The position numbers and the translations under genes are program-made. The notes beneath the pieces are model-generated. The model saw nothing but the letters and a program-made list of their open reading frames with translations. It did no database searches and had not been told where the DNA came from. A DNA stretch of 64,000 nt, from NCBI GenBank assembly GCA_012295275.1, contig CM022673.1, positions 7,502,001 to 7,566,000 on the forward strand. The letters are read 5' to 3'. Below, one piece after another: positions 53,486-64,000 of the stretch (the stretch's first letter is position 1; each line of letters begins with the position of its first letter). Source of the stretch: Chrysomallon squamiferum (lineage: Eukaryota > Animalia > Mollusca).

Positions 53486-55769
53486 GATACAAATATTCAC
53501 AGAGCGTTAAATGTTTAAAACAGAGATTATGGACGTTAAATGGGAGTGCCGGATGTAAGTAATGACGTAATCATTACATATATCGTGTTTTCGTGCATAA
53601 TTCTTTTTTAACATTTTTATGTTTTTCTGTTTCAAAGAAAATAAAAAAAATAATTTTTTTATATTAACCGCAGTTCGAACAAAAAAGATGAACGAAGGAG
53701 TTGTAAACTGCAAACGAAAGAACAAGCAAAAAAACACTGAGATAGAAATATACCAACAAGAAATTAAATTAAACGGCACAGATAAAACAAAAATCGTCAA
53801 ACTGTTAAACACGTGTATACGAACTATCACAACACACGACTTACGTATCTGGAGACGGTACATATTATTATATGTATCCTAAATGCAGCACAAATGTTTG
53901 GCTTAGTGTATTATCGGCGCTAGGTCCAGATTTACGTTTGTATTTCACATTTGTTACACAGATGTTTTGTTAGACGAAGCATACGTATGTGTTCTTGGTT
54001 CCTCTCTGTGTAAACTCGTTCATTAATTACAGAAGACACGTCTGATAATATAACAGTATGCTCAAAGATAAAACATAGGCTAAAACACGTGCATCAGGTG
54101 TGTGCAAATTGTATATTTAGATACACTGTGATCAGTATGTATTAATAAAGAGTGCAGCCATTCTACAACGGAGTTTTTTTCAACAGTGCTAATACCACGC
54201 TACTGCTGATTCTACTACTGCAACTACTATTTATAATAGTAATACTAATATTGTTGTTGTTGCTACTGTCGTTGTAGTGTTAGTATTGTGTTGTTATTTT
54301 TCTATATTTCGTTTTTATTATAACGTCTTATAATGTAAAACTTGTATTATTTTTACACATCTAAAGGAAATAAATAATTGTAGAGCTGCTAATAACTTTG
54401 TCAAAGAGATTTCAAAAGAAACCATCAGTGCATTTTTTCCATTAACTGGTGCCGAGCGTGGAATGGAACAGGAATTAACTGACTGGGCTACGTACTTTAA
54501 ATTGATTTATTCATTAGTCCGTTTTACTTGTATATCTTTTCCATGTATATTGCCTTACGTATTAGAACTGGGTTATGACGTAATGATAAAGCTCTGGTCT
54601 GAGTCATGGTCACAGAACAATTTTCCGTTCTAACTAGCGCCGTGCATTGTTTTATCAGAATCATACAGGCAACCACACACAGAATTCCATGATATTAACT
54701 CAAAAAGATCACCCACTGGCATCTTTCTCTTATAGTCATGTATAGTCAGTACTCATAATTATGACGTAATTGTAATTATAGATTAAAACATGATGAGTAG
54801 ATAGCTAAGTTAAATACTGCGTGGCCTGTCTTATTGGCCGGTTTGGCATCCGCCGTCCGAAATTGGTCTTTAAGTGTAATGTATAGTATTCTTATGCTGG
54901 GGTACTGTAGTCAGTATGGTTTAAATGGGTTTTAACAGTTTCTAATAGTACTAGTCAATGGGGCTTCAACTTATGAACAAGTGTAGGGCAAAATACGTCA
55001 TTTTATATAAGTGTCCTCAGCATACTCGTTTTTTGTACACGCGCAGATATCTTGAACTGTATACTCGGTGTGTGCAAATGTCAGATTTCAAATTTAAGAA
55101 ATCGTGCTGAACATATAGTTTCAGGAGTACGTAATTATTATGTCAGTTTATCCAAGCTTGTTTTATTCCTCGTATGAATTAGATCATTTAAACTGTCGAT
55201 TTAACTATTTAAGAATCAAAGTATCATAATCATCTAAATTGTAAAAATACGATTTTATTTTATATATCTTCTTTTTTTTTTTTATTATTATTTCGGATAA
55301 GGAGATGTCAAATTATTTTACTATTCGAGTATGTGGATGGAGATTTAAGTTGTGAAATGCAGTTTTACAAAATATCTGAATATTAAAACTTGCGTCTAAC
55401 AATTATGAATCAGAGATGATTTAAAAAGAGACATTTAACTAAATTTTTAGACATTAGTACTAAATCGAAGATATAAATAAAGAAACAGTCAGAATTGAAC
55501 GTGTACTCTTAAGTAACTGTACCATTGTAAATGTTTATTTTACGTAGAAACCAGCCTTTGCTATTAATAAAGTTGAATGTAAAATGATAGCTCCAAGACA
55601 TAAGCATATAGACTACTAAAATAAAGCTCGTTTTTAAAAAAACTAAAATAAATCAATCCTATGTCAGATGTAGAAACAACAAACACTTGCACACAAGAAT
55701 AATTTCATAATTTTTTTTCAAGCATAATATTTTTTTATTTTTAAACATTTATTCCTAAAACCGAATCAG

Positions 55770-55801
<32 letters not shown>

Positions 55802-57580
55802 CGGAAACGAAACGTCAACTGTGATTTACATGTCAAACAGACGAGGATACAGTCTAAACGCCCATCTTTGCTAATCGTGTTCTAATTAGGTTTTCACAAA
55901 TATTAACAATCGACGAGCTTTGCTTGACAAACAGGTCGCTAAATTCTACACATTTATGCGAAGGGAGATTATCAGATACGTTATTTGTTTTTCAAACGCT
56001 GTGTATGTTCGTCTTCTTTAGTTTAATATATTTGGGAAATTCAATTTGCGTTCCGTGTATTCAGCTGAAGTAATTAAACTGAAGACGTTTATATTGCATT
56101 GTGTTCAGTGTTATATGTTCCTTATATGTTGAATTTTAGTTAAAAGCTGTTGACATATTGATACGTCTTTCTCCAGTGAATTTCTACATAGTGTCAGTAT
56201 CGTTTTAATGAAATTTGTTTCAATGTGGTTTAAATTCAAATGTTAATGAATTCACTATTGTCAATCATATTTTTAAAATAAATTAAATAAATCAGCTATT
56301 TCGTTATTTTGATTATGTTGTTCTCATTCATGTTGCAGTTGTGGGGTTGTTATTGTGCTTTAGACTAAAGAAGCGTCATCTTTTGACAATATAAATAACT
56401 TAAAACTAAAAACCACATTCTTATTATCGTTCTTTGAAGGAAAAATGCAAAAACTACTTAATACAATAAATTAAGAGATTCTCTTTTTGTCGTTACCCTG
56501 TACTTTAAGTATACATTTATGAATTATGTCATTTAAATAATTGTGACCACGAAAAAAAAAAAATCAGCATAGCCCCCTCATAATTTCTTGATTAAAAAAA
56601 AATAGCAATTAAAAATTAAAATTAACGCACGGTATAAATTGATTTTTTTTTTTTTTTTTTTTTAATATCGATAAAACACGAAGTCAAGACATGTCGATTA
56701 AACATGTCAGATTTGTTCTTGTTTGACACTTAATTTATTCTGGAGTTAACATTTAATTTAGATTTCCATTATGGAAACATTTTCCACAAGTTTTAAACAA
56801 TATCATTTGTCACCGGAAGTGGACATGGCTGCGCATCTGCCTTGAGCACAGACAAATTTGAAAGTCAGCAGTCCTCGGACATGTTCAGATTCCAGTATTT
56901 TACTGGTTGTCAAAGTCATGTTCTGTCTCCATCAGCGGAGAAAGCATTTGATAATGAATTGTTGCCAGTGAGCTGTTGTTTCGAGTTTCGTGTTTAATAT
57001 CCATGACAGAACATTAATGCAGGTGATAATTAATAAAAAAATAAAAAGCATCATTATGTACGAATTCTGTAACATATAAATAAAAATAAAGAAATATAGG
57101 AATCCTGAAGGACGTCGTGTATAGCTTTGTTTTCGTTTGTGTTATTATATTTTTAAATACATAACAGAAATAATAATAAAATAAGAATGACCAGCACAAA
57201 AAGAGTAAACAAATAAAAAATACACACACATCTACAAAATAACAAAACAAAAAATAAAATAGGATAAAAAAGAAAGAAAAGAAGAAGAAAACAAAAAACA
57301 AACAAAAAAGAAAAAAAGAAAATTATCTAACAAGTATTCCGAACTTGCTAAAACAGTAACCTTTACATTATTACTATCAGTAGTAGTGACAGCAGCAGTA
57401 ATAGTCGTCGTAGTAGTAGCAGTCGTAGTATAGTATTAATAGAAGTAGTAGCTGCAACACATGTAGCAGAAACACTGGTAATAATAGTGATTAATTAATT
57501 ATATAATGATATATCAGTTCACTTTACAAGGATTTTTAAATTGCTCTGCTTGGTTTTAATTAACTTTATTATCATTTCAG

Positions 57581-60500
57581 ATGCAAGTGAACATACTGGA
57601 AAGTCCGCTGAACATTATTTGGAGTCTTCATTCACAACCTCATTTGTTTCTGATACTCTGTTTTACCAGACAACACAGGATATTACCTCAAAGGGATTCA
57701 TTAGCTGAACTCTCAGCCGTCGATTCAGCTGCTAGTGTTCGTCAGACTCTGCTGATGCACTCCCCTACAAATAGTTACCACACGACACCCAGCAGTAACT
57801 ATCAGTATGAACCAAACATCTATCAGTCGGGAATGGCGTCTGCATCGCTTAGCACAAGGGAAGGTAACTCTAAAATAAGTCAAAACCAGAGTAACGTGCC
57901 CTATAATCAGCACGAGAAAAACGACCATCGTCTTCCATTTTTTAACAATCATTTTCTGAATAATCATGATCAGACAGAAGCGACATCGACACCGAAAGGT
58001 GATGATAGAAATAGATTCTATATAAATCATATAGCTGTTCGTGTAAAACACAAACACTTTGGTGGCGATGAAGAAGAGTCAAAAGCTGATAATGTAAAAG
58101 GAGAAACTCCAGCTAATCCAGAAACTGAAAGCGTAAATTCAGCTTCCACACCTGCCTTTAACGAGTATGAAAGAACAGATAAAACGCCTGAGCTGTCAGT
58201 AATCGATGTTTCTAAACACATTCAAGACAGCTCTGACAATTCTGATGATTTCAGTTCTAAACAAGATTCATATCTTTCCAACGACTTGAATCACATTACG
58301 ACCACTTACTCTGACATTCATAGATCATTTGTACAAACGTATGATTCCTTATCGTCAAACACTGATTGGTATACAACATCTTCTGTTTTTAGTTTCACAC
58401 AAAATAAAGAATTTAAAGGCGATTTTGGGATTGAAATGGGAAACGCCTTTCCGAGTAAAGACTGGAACCTCGGAATCAGCGATAGGCAAGATCATTCACA
58501 GATTCCTTCAAAGACCACTATGGACTTGGATAACTCACGTTTACTCCATTCTGTCATGTCAGATAGTACGCCCTTCAAGTTAAAACCAAGTACTACGATG
58601 TCAACATTGGTACCAACAACATCAACAGTGACTTCAGACTCGGGAAATCAGTTTGAGCAAATATGGACGGAACATCGTGATACAGCAGGTTATTACAACA
58701 ATCATAATGAACATGAATCAGGTTCTGTTATGTCTCATGATAAAAGGATATCTAATGAAGATTCAGTGATAAATACTCAGACTTCTTACCCTAATTTGAA
58801 TCATGAAAGAAGTTCATCTTCTCTTGTCTTCGATTACCTTAAAACACCGAAAACATTTTGGTATAACTCTAAGAATAAACATGTTTCTAGCGAAACGTTC
58901 TTATCTGATATGTTTGATAAAAGCCGCATTTCAAATTCCGTTCAAGATAACAAGAATCAGGTATCTTTGAACATAAATGACACGAATAAACCAATAAATA
59001 ATTATTTTGATACAAAAGCCAATGCTGAAAAATCAGATCCATCTAGTACGGAGGCTGTGAAAAACAGTAATGGTGTTTCTCCAACAGAAGATTATCACAG
59101 TCATTCACAACAAAGCTTTAACCCAACACAAAAAGAAAGTCCATCTGAGAATGGAAGTAATACGAGAAATGTGGACCCACCAGACAAAAAAGATAAAGTA
59201 GACAAACTGTTATACGGATTAAACAGAGAAAGTGTAAATCAAAATAAAGAAAGTATATCCTCGAAGAATATACATCATGATAATATTGAGGAAAATAGCT
59301 TAAATGAGAATCTATTAACGAATAGTGATTCTTCTGCTATAAAAGTCACCACAGGACTTTCAGATGGCACAACACGGACGAAGGAAGATATTCATGACAA
59401 AACCCACAAAGTTTTCAATTATAATAAAATTGGAAATACAATAACTGCTTCAGATACCCCATTTTTCAATCTTGAAGAAAAAAGATTAGGAATGGATGAT
59501 GGAACAAAACTTACAACTAGACAAAGTACTGACGCATTACCAAGCACAGGAGAAGAAGACTTCAGAACTCAGGAAACCGTATTAAGAAATGAAAAACAAC
59601 ATGTTGAAACCAGTGATACGTTGTTGGATACGCCTGTGTCATATAGCAAAACTGAAGGTATAGTATTTTCTAAAACCCCAGTAAGCATAGTGACGGACCA
59701 AACAACAACTGATAAAACTGAAGCTAGTGTTTATACAACAAATTCTATTTTTACTTCAACTATAGAAAATACTGATGAACAACATTCAGAGTCAAAACCA
59801 GAGATGTCTCAAGACAGTACAGAAACAAAACCCGGACACCAGACGAATATGTTATTTGGTTCAACATTCATGAGATCTACAATGGACGATTCTGTAAAAG
59901 GACTCACAACACCTAATGCGAAAGGGGAATACGATTCTTGGATAATTCATTCTGATGGTAAAGAAGATAATGTATCAAAGGAAAGAAAAGCGCCTGATCG
60001 TGATGATGGTAAATCCTTTAGCTCATTAAACCAAAATACTGAAATGAAACATAAAAGAAGAGACGATCCGTCGATTGTTGACATCAGTGAACCTAATTAT
60101 CAAACGGAACAAGTCACTTCTCCTTCAGTGACTGAAATTAGACTTTCATCAGTTGATGTTTTTGGTAAGTCCAATCATTCCAGCTATTCAAAACAGTCCA
60201 ATACACGTAGAAGTAATGAATCAGATGCTGCAATAAGTAACACAGAAGTTAGAAATGAAGAATCAGATACTGCGGATGAATACAAGCAGTTCACTACTGA
60301 AACAAACAGTGCAGGATACATTCCTTTCGTACATTCCTATCCAGGCGAGGTTGAGGATTACATCCACGGTAAACAAACAACACCAGATTCTGCAGAAGTA
60401 AATACTCAATCCAGAACATCTGAAATTAAAATGACCGAGGACACTCAGCTTCAACTTACAGAAGGAAATAATGTAGAAGATAATATGTGGTTTACAAAAA

Positions 60501-62196
60501 ACCATTTGTTTCAGATGGTGGAAATAAGTTCAGGAAAACATCATCAGATACTGGAGAAGTGTGGACTAAGTTTACAAATGATGAATACGATGTTTTGCAA
60601 ATGTATCGTCAGAGAGGAATCACTGAACCAGTATATACAGGAACACATCAAGATGTAACAGAAAATACAGAATTTACAAATCGTGGAGAAAATATAGAAA
60701 ACGCAGTCGACACTTTTGAAACAGCAACTGTTACCGAAAGTAACATTTATGATCCAGCAGAAACAGCTTCAGGATTTACAGACGAACCATTCCAGTTAAT
60801 AACTCCGAGCAGCACAATCAGCAGCCAGTCTCGGCAAATATCTAAAGCTGGGCACACTTTACCACAGTTTAAGTTTCTGAAATCTGTTCCACCTTACGAA
60901 CATTACAGAGCCCCTTTCAGCAACAGTTCATTCAGTAATAATTCGGTACTGAAGTCTTTAGCTAAAATCAGACGTGTGAATGAATACAACAGACGGGTAA
61001 GGGAGTACCTGGCCAACGTCAGACGCATGCTCAGAAATAAAGCCAAATATAGCATGTCAAAAGATACTGGTAATGGAAGTGATACAGTTTCGCAATATTC
61101 TGACCAGAAATCTGCTACAGAAATATTACAAGGTAACGATGTAAGTACACGAGTTACAATGTTTCATTCATCTCCAACTGAACGTTTGCAACACTATACT
61201 GAAACTACTTTAGAAAACAGAGATTTTCGTCATGAAAGATTTTACATTTCGGACGATAAATCTGTGCATGATTCTAACCAAGACGTGTCATCTTGGACTG
61301 TGTCCTCAGCTAAACGCTTACCTGCTTCTTCTTCAGCGATTCCCGTTCGGAAAATCCATGTCTCAGATCAGAATCATAAGGATTCATTAAGCTTTACTAA
61401 AAATGATGCTGGGAATGTAGAGTGGGAAAGTACTTATTCAATTACGGCCAGTTCTATTTCATCTGAACGCCAGCCATTTCATCATACTCAGGAAAGTGAT
61501 AAGCACAGTGGTGATCATGTCTCCTTAGATTCGTCATTCTCTGACGTCACAAATCAGGTTCCAGACATGACAGCAACCCCGGAGATTGCCATAGAAGCAT
61601 ACGCCGCTTCACTACAGACAACATCCAGTGACGTCGCCGTCGATATGTCTGTAGAGATGAACATTCTTAAAAGCATGCTGGACGATGACTCACTTATTGC
61701 AATGACGGAGAAGTGGGAGCCGTCTCAGTTTAATGAGTACGATTGGTCTGTGGTACCAGAACATGCAGATGATAATTGGTTTTCATCTGTAGCGGGTGGC
61801 TCGAAGAACGAAGAACACAAAATGATTAATAACAACTTAAAAACTCTCAAACAGAAAAAGAAAAGAGAATTTCTCCATCGTTGTCTAGTTCACACAGATA
61901 TCCTGGTTTCACACAAATAAAGAAAGATGACAGTTCTGCGAATTACGGAGTTCAGCAAAGTGAAACGTATAGCAAGTCGTCGTCAACTTACATCGATAAT
62001 CGAAGACACGACGTCGATGTGGATGTCGCATTAGGTTATCCAGAACGTGACGAAGACGTATCGACGTTATCACCGGAGTTAAAAGCCGTTGTTCCCACGG
62101 GTAGACTCGATTTAGAAGACTTCTTGTTGATGTTTATTTTCGATTCTGAAGGTTTGGATATTCTTTCACAAAATGTTGCTGAGCAGATTAAAAGAG
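57581..62196 (+). CDS. Giant (~4.6 kb, ~1540 codon) Ser/Thr/Asp/Asn-rich mucin-like exon of a KIAA1549/UPF0606-like protein; reading frame interrupted in this sequence
   Basis: Acceptor catttcag|AT and donor AGA G|gtaaat. Overlapping ORFs 57581-60658, 60487-61920 and 61881-62204 share one low-complexity composition. Frame changes are needed near 60496 and 61840, and probably near 57690. The end (LEDFLLMFIFDSEGLDILSQNVAEQIKR) looks like the start of a folded domain. Confidence 0.82.
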
Positions 62197-62459
62197 GTAA
62201 ATAGACAATGAAATACCAAACATTTTTATTGAATATAATTTTTTATTTTGATTAATGAAATAATAACTAATTATTAATTTTAACATCATCATCATCAACA
62301 TCTAATATCATCTATTCGAATATCAGGCAATAAAAATAGAAAAATATATCTTGCATAAACCCGAAAAACAACGAACCAGCCTTTTAATTAATTGATTAAT
62401 AAGTAATTAAAATCATATAAAGAGAAAACAGATAACAAGAAACAAACAAACAAAAATAT

Positions 62460-62534
<75 letters not shown>

Positions 62535-62661
62535 AATAAAGAAATATAAAAACTAAAAAAAAAAAAATCAGGGGTTAAAAAAATAAATAATAAAATAAAA
62601 TAAATAAAAAAAACAAGTACCAATCATAAATTACAGTCGTAATAACTTACATTTCTTTCAG

Positions 62662-62753
62662 GTCTTGAAGTGAGTTACAGAATAGGTTTACAAAAACGAT
62701 ACAGCCCGCGGATTGAAAAACGTTCTGCTTCTCTGAAAGATATATCAATAAAG
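62662..62753 (+). CDS. KIAA1549/UPF0606-like gene, internal exon
   Basis: ttctttcag|GT ... AAG|gttggt, phase 1-0; (G)LEVSYRIGLQKRYSPRIEKRSASLKDISIK continues the frame of the upstream exon. Confidence 0.82.
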
Positions 62754-62977
62754 GTTGGTGACCCAATTTTTCTTTTCTTTAATTTCCATTATTTCATAAT
62801 TTATCGTAAATGTGGTTCATATTTTGTTTTCGCAAGTTTCTATTTTAATTTCGAGTTTCGCCGACTAATACTTCGGTAATGACGCAATAATTGAATGACG
62901 TCATTAGGAATAATAGCTTTGCTAAGGGAGATGATATATATTTACAAGCTGATTAAGTTCGTAATTGTTCAGAACTG

Positions 62978-63044
<67 letters not shown>

Positions 63045-63331
63045 TGTGTGTCTCTACTGGATTTTACTTTTACGCAAAAATATGTAAGATCGCAGTTGTT
63101 TTTGTAAATAATTGTTATTTATTTTTTATTTGTGTTTTACGATTTCTTTTCGGATTTCAACTATAAGGTGGAATTATTTAGGACTGCAGTGTTGTTAATA
63201 AATAATTATTATTTACTTTTGATTTTTTTCAGATTTTACGAATCGTCTCCATATTATTATAAAATAGTCATCATTATCATCATCTTAAGTAATCATTATT
63301 GAATAGTTAATTAATTAATTTATTATTTCAG

Positions 63332-63478
63332 CTGGTTGAGGCTATCATTAAAAAGGGTGACGTCGTTGAACAGCACTTTGTGGTGGAGGAGGACGGACGT
63401 CGTGTTCTGGCAGATGACGCCGCTGTCACGTTCGGTGAACTTTCACCTGATGAATTACACCTCGTCACAAGTTTGAAA
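63332..63478 (+). CDS. KIAA1549/UPF0606 (DUF3827)-like domain exon; gene continues beyond the window
   Basis: tatttcag|CTG ... AAA|gtttgt, phase 0-0; LVEAIIKKGDVVEQHFVVEEDGRRVLADDAAVTFGELSPDELHLVTSLK. The family call comes from remembered resemblance to the KIAA1549 segment (V-x-L-x-Y-F-V-E-x-x-D-G-x-R-L-x-A) and is not searched. Confidence 0.8.
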
Positions 63479-64000
63479 GTTTGTGTTTTGTTTCTTGTTC
63501 TTGCACTTAGACACAACATGAACTCAAACGCTCATGCTTGCACACACAGACGTACACATCCAGCCACCCAGCACATACATGCATGCATAGAGACATACAC
63601 ATTTATACATATACATATATACATACAGATACAGTAATAAACCAGACATACACGTACACCTAGACATACGCCCGAATGTGTGCACAAACGTCTAAATGCA
63701 ATTTTTCCAGAGTTAAACTGAATATTTTAATTATCTACTGTGCAGATGGTAAATCCATTATCCAAATTGTCATAAGGTTTGAAAACCTAATTTTCTGCCT
63801 AAAGTAAAATTGCTTAAAACAGGTTGAAGATCCCGAAATCCGAAAATTCCGAAATCCAAACTTTTTCCGTGTATCAGAAATAGAGATGTTTTACAGTTTT
63901 CTGATTGTTTTGTATACAATACACAAAGTTTATTTTATGCATATAATTATTCAAAATATTATATAGGTAAAAAGTCCTTGCAGACTGTTTCTTAAGATAT

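Noticed and set aside
57725-60505. Antisense and alternative-frame ORFs inside the giant exon
   Set aside because: They are expected shadows of a long coding sequence.

Overview
AT-rich, microsatellite-dense, intron-containing animal DNA. The composition and protein style suggest a mollusc, possibly a cephalopod, but this is inference only. Three spliced genes can be reconstructed by hand. (1) A + strand gene for a small, probably GPI-anchored two-Ig-domain surface protein has four coding exons at 8986-11910; its signal-peptide exon was not found. (2) A complete - strand SAMM50 (mitochondrial Sam50, Omp85 family) has 14 coding exons at 17367-24573 and 452 aa; intron 1 has a GC donor, and tandem duplications copy two splice donors, including a 25-bp array with five extra perfect GTAAGT donors. 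(3) A + strand gene, divergent from SAMM50, encodes a large mucin-like secreted or membrane protein resembling the KIAA1549/UPF0606 family: a signal exon at 30209-30311, a ~27 kb first intron, a 4.6 kb Ser/Thr-rich exon broken by apparent frameshifts, and two further exons, with the gene continuing past the window end. Most ORFs in the supplied track are microsatellite artefacts. No rRNA, intact tRNA, CRISPR array or protein-coding transposon was seen.
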